Assembly (NCBI GenBank): GCA_034780895.1
Contig: JAUZTB010000068.1
Span: 21,974,019-22,037,496, forward strand
DNA length: 63,478 bases
DNA from: Rhynchobatus australiae
Taxonomy: Eukaryota
Direction: 5' to 3'
Shown here one piece after another: positions 40,897 to 53,030 of this stretch (positions are counted from its first letter, which is position 1; every line of letters starts with the position of its first letter). The position numbers and the translations under genes were made by a program. The notes under the pieces were generated by a model that saw only the letters and a list, made by a program, of their open reading frames with translations, ran no database searches and was not told the origin of the DNA.

Positions 40897-41490
40897 NNNN
40901 NNNNNNNNNNNNNNNNNNNNNNNNNNNNNNNNNNNNNNNNNNNNNNNNNNNNNNNNNNNNNNNNNNNNNNNNNNNNNNNNNNNNNNNNNNNNNNNNNNNN
41001 NNNNNNNNNNNNNNNNNNNNNNNNNNNNNNNNNNNNNNNNNNNNNNNNNNNNNNNNNNNNNNNNNNNNNNNNNNNNNNNNNNNNNNNNNNNNNNNNNNNN
41101 NNNNNNNNNNNNNNNNNNNNNNNNNNNNNNNNNNNNNNNNNNNNNNNNNNNNNNNNNNNNNNNNNNNNNNNNNNNNNNNNNNNNNNNNNNNNNNNNNNNN
41201 NNNNNNNNNNNNNNNNNNNNNNNNNNNNNNNNNNNNNNNNNNNNNNNNNNNNNNNNNNNNNNNNNNNNNNNNNNNNNNNNNNNNNNNNNNNNNNNNNNNN
41301 NNNNNNNNNNNNNNNNNNNNNNNNNNNNNNNNNNNNNNNNNNNNNNNNNNNNNNNNNNNNNNNNNNNNNNNNNNNNNNNNNNNNNNNNNNNNNNNNNNNN
41401 NNNNNNNNNNNNNNNNNNNNNNNNNNNNNNNNNNNNNNNNNNNNNNNNNNNNNNNNNNNNNNNNNNNNNNNNNNNNNNNNNNNNNNNNNN
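40897..41490. other. 594-N assembly gap, probable site of akirin exon 5 (YVS-stop)
   Basis: No YVS* exon was found by eye elsewhere after exon 4. Sequence after the gap is repeat-poor and U-rich, like a 3' UTR. Inference only. Confidence 0.5.
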
Positions 41491-44400
41491 TGTAAAAATG
41501 AAACAAAAAAAAAACAAAAATTGACTTTACTGGTCAATGTGCTGTCAGTACAGAGATTTGTCTACTTTCCACTGCTAACTCTGCTACTGTGAGAATAACC
41601 TGCCATTTATTTCCAGTTCAAGAAGCTGAATACCAAGCAACAGTTGTTAAATCTGCCTTTTTAAGAAGTGGCACTGAAAATGGGAATGTTACTTTCAAAC
41701 CTTTTTTGAAAGGATTAAAGTTCTGTCACAAGTGATTTAGTCTGAATTTTGAATGTCATTAAAGTAGAAATTTGTTTCTGTTGATCTGAAAAATAGTGCA
41801 CTACAATATTACTGCAGAAATCTCCCTTGTAGAATAGATTTTATTTTTTTATTCAGTGGAGTCTTGTGTTGTGTCAGCTGCAAACATTTTGTAATGTTAT
41901 TACCTGATGGCAAGTGGTATGTGTGTATCCAATCAAGTAATTGGGTTCAGTTTGAGCTGGGGAACTGCAGTGGGACTTAAATTCCACACTTGGACTGAAG
42001 TAGACTGGGTCTGAAATATTACCTGTCCTTTCATGGTTAACTGGTTGATTCCACATGAATTGTATACATGGTTATTGCCAAACAGATTGGTTTCAAATTG
42101 GGTATGGGTTGGTATATGCCATTGATTTGATGGAACTAACTTTACCTTGTGTAAATGAAGAAAAACAATCATTTGTAAACTGGTGTAAAGTTGTTTTTCA
42201 TTGTATTTTGGTTAAAATTGTCTAAATGGCCTTAACTACTCTTGTGCTCTTCCTTTTAAACCCTATTTTGTAGAGGTGATCTGTTTAAACGAATGTAACC
42301 TTTTTACCATCTGAACCAGTGGTTTTAAATTGGCTTTGAACCTTGTGCCAACATTTAAGAACTGGATAGGTCTGTAAGATGTGAGCTGCATTTTATTTTT
42401 TTAAAGCTTAAGATGCTTCTGATTCCCACTGTTGGTAATTGTTTTGAGCTTTAGCTTGGTCAGTGTGATTTTTGCAGTGTATTTCAAATACACTTGTGTT
42501 TGATATCACAAGATGCATTAGAGCAATAGGCTAAAATTCAGCAACTGGCCTCTTTTGGAGAAATTTGGTATGGTGCGGACTCTTAATTTGAATATCTAAT
42601 CTGGGAGACCTCCAAATCCAGCTGTTGGTCATTTCTATCTAGACAACAGAACTGAAGGATTTTCAGTATCCCATTAACAGATTACAAGGATGAATAGTGG
42701 CATTGCAGTGACAATTGTCTCCACAATATTCTGAAATAACAAGGTTAGTTCAGTTAGAATGAATTCCAATTTTTTCTTAATTATACCTAACCAAAAAGTG
42801 CAACTTTTACCTTGCTCTTTGTACATTTTTTGCCCTGTATGGTACTAACAAGCTTAGTTTTTAAAAAAAACTTGACATCAGACATCTCCTTTATCCTACT
42901 TTGATGTAAACATTTAGTATAAATTGGGGATGTGAAAACTTGTTTGAAATTTGGTTTTGCAACATGTAATGGTCCTGGATGTGCTTGTTTGCCTGAGTTT
43001 TTATCTACTTATGGTTTAGTTGACTTCTGTTAATAAATCTAGAGTGGCCTTATGAAAACAGCCAGATGGTAAACCTGTTTTTGGCCTCCATTGTCAGGAC
43101 ACAGAAATCTATTATAAGTTGTTTTAGTGTTTTTATTTAAAAACAACTTGTTACTTTGTAGAATGAGGGTTCTTATAGGCAGTTACATACCTCCTTTGCA
43201 TGACTACACACATTCACATTTGTGGTGTCCATTATACAAGGAAGCATGCTGTTAAGTTTGGAGCTTGCACTTTCCGAAACCTTGCCACGTAGTTGCATAT
43301 GTGATAGGAAGTTTAAGATATTTTGTATTATAGTGATGCTTTCTTTCAGTTATTTCTTCCCTTTGGTATTTTTAATGGAAATTGCATTTACATGATTTGA
43401 GTACATTTTCACAATTGAAATTGAATGTTAAGATTAAAAGTTAAAACTTCAAACCTTAGTGATTCACTATTATTGTTNNNNNNNNNGTTTAGTTGCACCT
43501 GAATGTGAAGATCAATGTTATAGTTTTCAGTGGTGTGACTGGTGCAGCTGGAAACAATAAGCAGTACTTTGGTTTTTAGAACTAGTGATAAAGGTTGGGA
43601 GTACCGTGACCACACTGGGGCTCCTTGAATGCAGTGAGGGAGAATGGGCTGAGGGAGAACACTGATCAGTTTGGTCGGTGTATCAACAGTTTATAGATGC
43701 TTGTCCTTTCTGTATCTTCCTGTATCCCTTGACAATTTCCTTTTCTCATCGAGTTCAAGTTCCCTTCTGTTGGCTGGTATCCAATACATCATGCAGGGCT
43801 AATTCTAGTGTCACCTTTTTCATCTGAATATTGTCTGTTTTATTTCCAGGCTGGGTCAGGTTCACTGACTTATTTTCTTTCCAATTGGTCTTGAGCTGTT
43901 TTTTTAAGAAAAATCACTGCTGAAGTTTTCTAAATAGTGGCTTAGAACACTGGATTGCATTCAATGATTTTACTGTTTTATAAACCTTCATGGAAGGTTT
44001 AAATTCCTCCTGAGCTACATGTGTCAAGGATAGCTAAAATCAGTTGGTTTGTGTTTGGGCACACATTCCCTCACCCCGCACGCCTGCCCCCCACCCCCTT
44101 AATCTTCTGTTCCTTTAAACTAATTTGCCATAGGAAACATTAAAATGAGAATGTTAGAGGTATACCAAGTATTATTGCTGTAACCAAAGGTTACTGGAGC
44201 AGTGAGCTTTGCTTTCCAAAAGTGGTTTCTGCTGATCCAACTGTGGGAGATAGCAAAGAAATTTAAGAGTGGGTTTGGGTGATGGTAAAGCAAGTGTTTA
44301 TGTATTTAAAACCTTGTTTCTTTTGTACTTTCTCCCTCTGATTTCTTCTACAATTCCACCTTGGTACCTTCCCCCTAGAGTATTACACAATGAGGTCACA

Positions 44401-45689
44401 AGACAGAAAATGGCAGTATAAAAAGAGAGCTGATTCCTGTTGCATTAGGATATCTAGCAACTAAACTTGCTGGATGTNNNNNNNNNNNNNNNNNNNNNNN
44501 NNNNNNNNNNNNNNNNNNNNNNNNNNNNNNNNNNNNNNNNNNNNNNNNNNNNNNNNNNNNNNNNNNNNNNNNNNNNNAATGACAGAATAAAGGTCAAAAT
44601 TGAGAATTGTATGTAGCTTTTTTATTTTTGGGAGGTTTAAAAATTGTCAGTGCTTAGGACTAGTTTTTCCATAGGTGTATGTTTGGAATACAAATTGGAA
44701 ATGGATCTAGGTTTTAAAATAGCAGAAGGGGCACAAACTCGTTCTAATCACTTAACATTTTCATCGAATGTCATATGATTTCTAGAATGTGCGCTTACCT
44801 AACATGCAGAACAGCCAGTGGCATGGCTGTTGCCTCTTTATAAAGCAAATAATAGCCCTTCTGTTGAGGTAATATTTGCTATTTGTGTTTCATGTGATAG
44901 ATGTATTGTTTGTGGAGACCATGCCTTTGTCTAGAAAGTTACTTTACTTCACCATTCAATGCCATTTGTTTCATTGAAATTCATTAAACAAATACAATAC
45001 CAACTATGATTCTCAATTTTGTATATTTGAAAGGGTTTTGTAAACTTTCTGCATAGATTTTTTTTGGTTTCCACTTTTATTCCTGATCATGGCTAGTTTT
45101 TTTATTATATATAATTTAAAAGCACCAGCCCTCAATTAAATAGAAATTGGAAGATTGCAATAAAGAGAAGTGGGCTTGGTGAAATTGTTCAAATGCTTAA
45201 TATCTCAGAATTTAATACTTAAATGTGCACTGTGTATGATGGCCTATTAGTGTGGATTTCATTCTTGTTCCTTTTTTAATCAAAACAATGATGGCAAAAT
45301 ATTTATTTTTGCAAAAATATTGGGGTGCTGTTCAGTAATGCAGTGCACCTATATTTGAGTATTATCAATAGCCATGCTTAATGGCTATGTGACTTGCACA
45401 TCACCTGGAATGTTGAAGATTGGTTAGTTGCCCCATTTATGTTTAAACTCCTGTAAGTAATTAACATTTTGTTAAAATATTGAGGTAGCAGAGTTGCATT
45501 TTTTACTGGTGAAATCTGTTTGGATAATGTGTTGCAAATTGGGCTATGTGTTTTTTTGAAGTTTTGCTCTGCAGACTGTTTTAATGGGACCATTTTAAAA
45601 TACCCCAAATCCTCTTCTGGAATTTTGAGATGTTATGCATCTGAGGCATCTCCCCTCTGACTCCAAGGATATCAATTGGAAGGAATCGG

Positions 45690-45975
45690 TACTACAGCTC
45701 AAAAATGGGCCCTTTGGCCCATCTAGTCCATGCCAACCTGATCTAATGCCTAGTCCCATTTACCTGGAGCATATCTCTTCAAACCCCGCCCATCCATGTA
45801 CCTATCCAAACTTCTCAAGTGTTACAATTGAACCTGCATCTACTAGTTCTGCTGGCAGCTCATTCCACACTCAAACCACCCTCTGAGTGAAGAAGTTTCC
45901 CACAGATTCCCCTTGTATGCTTCACCTTTCACCCTAAATCTACTGTATGTCTTCTAGTTCTAGTCTCACCCAACC
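45690..45975 (-). mobile_element. CR1-like LINE 3' end
   Basis: Reverse strand has actagaagacatac, aacttcttcactcagagggtggt...tggaatgagctgccag and the tail gggccaaagggcc. Confidence 0.75.
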
Positions 45976-46814
45976 TTGTTACCAATCTTCTATCAATGGG
46001 GTAGTTTCTCAAACAGGGTGTTGGCAACAGGAGGTGAAGGTGCAGGGGAAGTTGAGATAAAGAATGGGTCTTTGCAGAAAGAAATTGGCTTAAGATAAAA
46101 TCAGTTGTGGTAAATGGTTTTGCAAACTGGAGGAGAGTAGGCAAAGATGTTCCCAAGACCCTGGTGTTAATATCCTTTTGATGGCTTGAATATGCAGGAT
46201 GTTTTTAAATGTGTATTTCCAAATTTGTCATGCATAAATTGATGTCAAGAGCATAGAATGGCACAATTTGAAGGTGAAATTTTAATACAGACACGAGAAG
46301 CATTTTGGTAGAAAGAAGCAATTTGATTCAGTGGCAGAATTCTAAGCATGTGAAGGAACAAGGACCTGCATTGTAGGTTGTGGAGCAAACCAGTTGTATT
46401 TGCACACCAAGAGTTGATCTCCCTGTACCCTCTATTACAATTGTGACTAAAACACTTGGGACTGAATGATGTGTTTAAAACGTAGCAGTATGTTATAAAA
46501 TGATTTGGAAATCATGGGAATGGTGCTGAGAAGATCTGAGGAACCAGAAAAGCAAGGCTGTATTGCAGGAAAAGATGAACAGACTGGGTGTCTCCACTAG
46601 AAAAGTCAAATCTAGTAGAGGGTTTTGAACATTTTGGCAAAGGTTCTGATAAAGTGGAAGTTATGTATCAATTTGTGTGTGTGGGGAGGAGGAGGGAGAG
46701 AAACATCTAGAGACCACTAATAGGAGTATCACAATTACCCACTAAAGAATGAGGGAATAGAAGGTTGTGCTAGCTAGATAAGAGACTTTGGGACAAATGA
46801 GACAATCTCCACTT

Positions 46815-47230
46815 CAATGTCTTGAGCTCAAATACAGGCTGACATTCCAATATAGTTTGTTAAATGGTCAATGTGCCATCTTGTAGGTGATATTAAACTG
46901 AAACAGCAGCTGGAAGTATTTCTCTCTGGAACAAATTTCAAAAAAGCAAGGGAATTGTCCCATGTCTTAGCTAGTATTCATCAACATCTTACTTGGTTAT
47001 TGCTGTATTCTTTGTATAAAAGCTTACTGNNNNNNNNNNNNNNNNNNNNNNNNNNNNNNNNNNNNNNNNNNNNNNNNNNNNNNNNNNNNNNNNNNNNNNN
47101 NNNNNNNNNNNNNNNNNNNNNNNNNNNNNCTGTGGACAAATTTATCTACTGTGCTGCTTGTGTATGACAGCTTCTTCATTGACTGCAATCAGTCTCCAAC
47201 TGCAAGGTATTTTGGGACATGCTGTGGTGC
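46815..47230 (+). mobile_element. Ancient Deu-domain SINE-like relic
   Basis: cttgagctcaaatacaggctgacattcca and aagcaagggaattgtcccatgtcttagc resemble the recalled SacSINE1/AmnSINE1 core. Highly decayed. Confidence 0.4.
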
Positions 47231-49269
47231 TGACTCAAACTACAAATCTTTTTCACTTCAAGATGAGCAAAAATTAACCAGAAAAGACTTCCTTCAGCCC
47301 AAAATCTAAGTCAAATTAGCCCAATGTCTTGCCTTCCTGTATAAACAGACAAATTGGGGAGGAAAAATGACTGGACTCCTATTAATTTGCTCTTTAATCA
47401 ATACCCTATCATGTCAATTTGTTAATGGCACAAATCATTGAAATGTCCTCTTCAAATACAGCCTTTACTCAAAAGTACCAGGATTCAAGTAAGATGTAAT
47501 AAAAGTGCTTGTAAGTACAATTTGTATTTAAGATAATTATGTAGAAATCTCAGCTTGAAGTAATCCAAGTGAAGTAAAGGTGTGATTTCTAATGGGGGGG
47601 GGGTGTATTAAAATTGAGGAAATGACTAAAGCTGCAGGAAGCCTTAATGTTACTATTAACAGTCCTACCCAATTTAAATCCAGTTGAGATTCGTCCTAGA
47701 AAATTTCTTTCCGGAGGTTTACCGTGCTAATTTGAAATGGTTGGGACCACCAGATAAACTTAATGTTATTTTGCTGGGTCTATTGTGTACAAATTTCATG
47801 AATAAATGTTTTCCCACTTTGTAACACATTGTGGCAGTCTTGAGCTTGGCCAGATATGATACTTTAACTACATAGGGATAATTGGAGACCTGTTACAAAT
47901 GCTAGTTGCTCTGACTTCTCTGTAGTTTATTTGTGCAATTTATTCTCCAGACTAAAGCAATACCAAGATTTTAAAAACTTTTGCCAATGGCCAATATTGT
48001 ACTTCATTTTTCAGTCTACACGCATTGAGGAGATAATGCAATTAATCAGAAGGTACTGGTCTTAATGCCTGTTAAAAAGCTAGCAATGTAAAACGTTGGC
48101 AGATGCATTGCTAAACTGGGACGTTTGTAGATGGGTGTTAATGATCCCGTGGAATAATGAAGGACCATAGTTTCTGTAAATTAATGTTTAGATATAACTA
48201 CATCCCAGATGATACTATTTAAAATTTTATAGTAGTTTTATCTCTTTTCTAGTTGTGAGGTAGGTCATTGAACTGAAACTATTTCTCTCTCCATGCTAAT
48301 TGAGAGTTCCTCCATTTTCTATTTTTGTTTCCGATTTTCAGCATCGGAAGTTTTCCCCCTCCATTACCCCCCCAATACAAACCTGTGTCCTTTTGCTATG
48401 GTGAGGGCCAATCTCTACTGAGAATTTTAAATATCTGTATCAGGATTAATTCACTATTTTGGCTGATGTTAACCTTAAACCAGCCATGGACCTGTATTTG
48501 GTCAGTGCTACAGATCATTATTACAACAGCCTCGATTTATTGTCTATTTGGAACCTGAGTGTGGTCCTGTTTTCCTAACACAGTGCTTGCACCTCCTACA
48601 AAATTAGCCGAAATCTCTTGGAATTTGCTCCCATAACCGCGCGGCAGTTTCGGTCTCTGTTAAACCCACAAGAACCTGACTCCGATCTATTTACTACGAA
48701 ACCGGGTAAATACACAGTGATTTACACGTTTATTTTAATGGAGTTAAATGTATTTGATGCTTTTGAATCTTTAAAATGTTTATTTTTTTAACCAAGGCTC
48801 AACTTGAACAATTTTATGTGGGCAGGTAGTCCTGCTTCCTGGAAAAGTTGGGCAAATATTTCCTTTCAGTTTGAGCAGTAGTCTTTCCCTGAATGTTTGT
48901 CCCGAGTGGATTACTTCAGAGAATTTCGTTTTTAAGAGAGGTGCTATTCATCTGCTCTTCCGATCCTATATTCAAGTCTTCCTGCAGCTTATTCTATTCT
49001 GTTTTGGAGTCCGCCACCTTTTATTACTTATGTAATCTCCAACAGTACTTAAAGCTACTGAAGCATTTAAACACAAATGTTGCTTTTTACACTGTATAAT
49101 CGCCTGTGCCTTTGCTTTTGAAGTGTCTTAGTATGTCAAACTAGAGGAGGGTTGCTCTTTTGAAAACAAAAGCACGGTTAAAAAAGAGGGAAAAAGGATT
49201 GTACAAACAACTTTAAATATTTAGGTCGAATTCATGAAGCCAAACCGGGAGCAGGGTGGAGCTAAACAA

Positions 49270-50680
49270 CGTTGGATGCTGCGAAAAAGAGGAACGAAGC
49301 GTTAGCAACTGCAATGCCAACATTGGCCATCACGCCGAGAGTTTCAGATGGAATGGATTACTAGGAAAACTCATTAATTCTACAACCGTTTGTAACACAC
49401 CCGGCGGTGGGGGTTGGTCTGGTTTGCTGCACCTCCTGACGAGGGACGGTGCCTTTGCCCCAAGGGCAGCATCAGCGGTGCAAAAGGATACAAACAGGTC
49501 GGGTTACCCACGTGCCCAGTTAGTGCGGGAAACAGGAGCACGAGCGTCGGCCACCAGGTGGAGCCGGCCGAGCCGGTGACATTGAGCGGCAGACTGGGGG
49601 CGCGCATGCGCGTCCGTCGCAGCGTGGGCTGGTGGGCGTGAGTGGGGGCGCGCCGGCTGCAGGGTGGGACTGAGCATGCGCTCCGTCTCCTGGCGGGAGG
49701 CGGGCACGCGCGCAGGGTGGGACTGAGCATGCGCGCCGGCTGCGGGCGGGAGGCAGGTACGCGCGCCGGCTGCAGGGTTGGACTGAGCATGCGCGCCCGC
49801 CGGTGGGTGGGGCCGAGCACGAGCGGGGCGGGTGGGCGTTTGAAGCGAGTGGCGGTTGGAGGCGTCGACGATGGAGGTGCAGGGGGAGAAGTGGGGCCGG
49901 AGCTGGAGGATCCGGCGGAGGAAGAGGAACCGAGAGAAGGGTTGCAAGGTCCGCAGCAGGATGAGGCACCAGAGCAGCCGGCGGGAAAAGGAGAGGCACC
50001 GCCGGGGCGGGAGGAAGAGGGAGGCCGCCGAGGGGCCGGCGGGCAGCGAGGAACCGGCGGGAGAGCCGCAGCCCGGGGAGGAGAGGGAGGGGACGGACGA
50101 GCAAGGAGAGGGGGAGCGCCGGGAGCCCGACCCGGAGAGCCTGGAGGGTCAGCGGGGGCTGAAGCAGAGAGAGCCAGGGACCGTCGACCCGCTGGGGCCA
50201 GAGGGTGAGAGGCCCCGAGCCCCGAGCTCAACGGCCCGGGAGGAGCGGTCAGCCGCCGAGGAGAAGGTGGCGGAGGGAGAGCAGCCGAGGAGGAGCCCAG
50301 GAGCGGAGGAGCCCGAGCAGCAGGAGGACCCAGCCCCGGCCGGGCCACCGGGAGCCGAGCTGGAGCACAGCGGGGAGGATGAGGAGAAGGACGAGGACCA
50401 TGTTGCCGCCGAGCTCGGCGGCGTGAAGGACGGGCAAGCGGCGGCAGAGGAGCCGGGGAGTCCGATGGGCCGACCGGGAGAGCGAGGAGAAGAGCTGGGC
50501 GTGTCGGAGGGCCAGCAGGAGCAACGAGGGGCAGAAGGACCGGAGCTGGACGAAGTGGGACGAGAGGCACCGAGTCTGAAGGAGCAAGAAGTGGAGGGGG
50601 GAAGAGAGGAGGTGGAAGTTTCAGAGGGCCAGGAGGGAGCTGGAGACGCACTGAAGGGAGAACAACAACCGGAGATCCCG
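49270..50680. promoter_or_regulatory. CpG island spanning the promoter and body of an unassigned gene
   Basis: Very high GC and CpG content against the AT-rich background. Confidence 0.88.
49601..49794. promoter_or_regulatory. NRF1-like motif array in an imperfect tandem repeat
   Basis: Palindrome CGCGCATGCGCG at 49601-49612. GACTGAGCATGCGC at 49668, 49721 and 49781. GGCGGGAGGC at 49692 and 49745. Confidence 0.7.
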
Positions 50681-50749
50681 GGGGAAATTAAAATACACCA
50701 AGGTGGAGCTGGAAAACTTAACAGCAGGACCCAGTTAAATCAGGACTGA
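49871..50749 (+). CDS. Uncharacterised, probably intronless, Glu/Gly/Pro-rich disordered protein (292 aa) with a basic N-terminal block
   Basis: ATG with +4 G (GACGATGG) ~75 nt after the motif array; sustained GAG-rich codon phase; TGA 50747-50749; AT-rich trailer with AATAAA at 50967. No recognisable domain. It could instead be a first exon using AAG|GTGGAG at 50702. Confidence 0.6.
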   Translation: MEVQGEKWGRSWRIRRRKRNREKGCKVRSRMRHQSSRREKERHRRGGRKREAAEGPAGSEEPAGEPQPGEEREGTDEQGEGERREPDPESLEGQRGLKQREPGTVDPLGPEGERPRAPSSTAREERSAAEEKVAEGEQPRRSPGAEEPEQQEDPAPAGPPGAELEHSGEDEEKDEDHVAAELGGVKDGQAAAEEPGSPMGRPGERGEELGVSEGQQEQRGAEGPELDEVGREAPSLKEQEVEGGREEVEVSEGQEGAGDALKGEQQPEIPGEIKIHQGGAGKLNSRTQLNQD

Positions 50750-50966
50750 GGAATTGTTCAGCAACAAGTGATTCCAAATATAAAGGGGGGGGGTAGATTA
50801 AGATAATATATATTTTCAATGTGTAATTTGATCTTGAATAAGTTTTAATCACAATTAGCACATGTTTTTGAAGAAGTATGTTCTTGTAGTTAGAATTCAT
50901 TTCACTTTTGTAATCGGTCTGATTTTCTACTGTTTGTGGTATTTAATGTGAGTTATTAGATCAATT

Positions 50967-50972
50967 AATAAA
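50967..50972 (+). terminator. Candidate polyadenylation signal of the acidic-protein gene
   Basis: AATAAA ~220 nt after the stop, followed by a GT/T-rich stretch. Confidence 0.5.
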
Positions 50973-52699
50973 ACTCATTTCGATGTTTTACATGCTTTGC
51001 AATAGACTAGTCAACGTTAGTCGTGCTGGAAGTCTGTTAGGGCATTAGCAGTTACCAGTAAAACAACGTGTAGCCTGCAGTTCTATCCGACTGCTAACAG
51101 CAATTTAGGAACATTATTATCCTAATTTCAATAAGCCAAGTCAGAATTTTCTAAAGGATATGATGTACATGGGGGAAATAAGCTTAAGCCTTAGCATGAA
51201 TATGTAGTGCATTACAGGAATTAGAAATTGTCCCTGCATTTTATTGAATTCTAATTCCTTGGAAGGACACCTCTCATTTACATCCTGGAGTATTGATGAT
51301 ACAATAATAAAACTATGTCATAAATACACAGTAGGGTATTAAAACCCTGTGGACCTGCGTGATAACAGAGAACTGGAGACACAAAAGATTGCAGATTGTG
51401 TAATCTGGAGTAAAAGAAAAACAAATGGCTGGAGGATCTCAGTAAATTGGGTATTATCTGTGGAGGCAAAGGGATGGTTGATATTTCAGGTCAAGACCCT
51501 GCAATTTGTTTTTTGACAACAGAGAACAGTGGGTATAGAGATTGTTGTCACTGCCTACTCAGAGGTGCAATAGATGGCCACAAATTTGGCAGCAGTTTAA
51601 AATATAAGTAGGCCAATTGGTCCTCCAAGGCTGCTCCACTATTCAACAGTATCAGATATTGTCTGAAGTTAATCGCCTGAAGAGAGGATAGTGAGATAGA
51701 ATAAGTGGTAGGTATCCACCAAAGGGGAAGGAGTATTGTATAAATTGTAACTTATTGGATACTAGAAAAATCAAGAGAAATGAGGTTATTGCAGGGAAGT
51801 TGCACTGAGGTAAAAGATCAGTCATGATTATGTTGAATGGCAGCACAGGAACAGGCGTACCTCTTTTGCTATTTCTTATGTTCCTATGATTGCAACCATG
51901 GCATCTGTAGTTTTCAGTTTTCCCTTTGGCCTAGGATACATTCTGTTAAGGCCAGATGTTCTATCTTTTTCACTTGGAGCTGTTCCTATATTTTAAATGC
52001 ATCTAAGTGTATTTCATTTTATTCTATCCATTTTTTCTACCATTGTGACATGCACACAGAACTCTATGGAAGTAAATGCAAAGTAATGATTCAATACCTC
52101 AAACATGCTCTCTGCCTTCACAATCTATTTCTTTTAATAGTTCCTAATTAGCCCCACCCTTAAACTGTTTTTACCATTTATGACATTTTGGTTTTATGTT
52201 ACTTATTAATTTACTCTATTAAACTCCCTGAGTCATGCCAAAGTCTGTAGGCTTGACAACACTACAGATTTAACCCAACAATTATAGGCTAATGGTGGTG
52301 GTGGGGGGAATCTTTTATATCATTACTCCTGGACAAAATATGCGGCTTTGCCTGTCTTTCCTCTCCCCCTCTTTGGAATATGTCCAGTCTGCTCTTTGAA
52401 GGCTTTGCATTGCTCATCTTTAACCACAATTCCCAGATTTTTTAAAGTCTTTATGGAACAAGCCATGATTTACTTATAAATCACATTCCTTCCCATGCCT
52501 GTAAATGAAAGAACATCACACTGATGTCTAAAACTCCTGAGGTCTAATATTCCCTGAGATCTAGTTTGTTAAGGCAATAAAACTTTTTTTGCATAAATCA
52601 CCAAGCCAAGGGTGGTAATTATTAATTTTTGTGTCTACATTATCAAAAAATTCCAAGTTACAATATTTAGTGATGATTGATTTGGCATATACACATAAT

Positions 52700-53030
52700 G
52701 TTAGATAGATTGCAAGCAAATTCTCATTCTCTGAAAAAAATTGTGATATCCTTGTCAACTGATGCAAATCACTGGTCCATGACTGCTCAAAATGGAGAAG
52801 CAACATCCAGGTAAGCACAGAGCACCTTGGTTCTGTAACAGGAGCATGCGGAGGCCATGTGCAAACAGTGGAAGAAGTGCAAAACTTTGTAAAATACCCT
52901 CATGCCCTCTCAAGTAGCACCTATTACCGATTGTGGTTCGCTCACAGGACTCTTTGGCTACCTCAGAACCTACAGAAGTGGATGGAAGCAAGACATCCTT
53001 CATCTCAAGGAACTGCCTAAGAAGGCACAC
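52700..53030 (+). mobile_element. RTE-clade LINE 3' end
   Basis: catgactgctcaaaatggagaag...cctcagaacctacagaagtggatggaagcaagacatcct...ggaactgcctaagaag matches the recalled RTE terminus (HDxSKWR...YLRTY). Related to 130-860. Confidence 0.65.

Noticed and set aside
40852-41592. Long ORFs across N runs (also ~33300-34300, ~29180-29500 and others)
   Set aside because: Artefacts of translating gaps as X.
49380-50651. 423-aa Pro/Ser/Leu-rich minus-strand ORF, and other overlapping ORFs in this island
   Set aside because: Antisense shadow of a GC-rich, GAG-rich sense ORF, where stops are rare. Non-ATG start; the promoter motifs and poly(A) signal fit the + strand.
52739-53020. Open frame with in-frame TGA-TGC (possible selenoprotein) and a GTAAG...CAG mini-intron
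   Set aside because: The sequence matches an RTE LINE 3' end. The apparent intron is only 31 nt and no SECIS was recognised.
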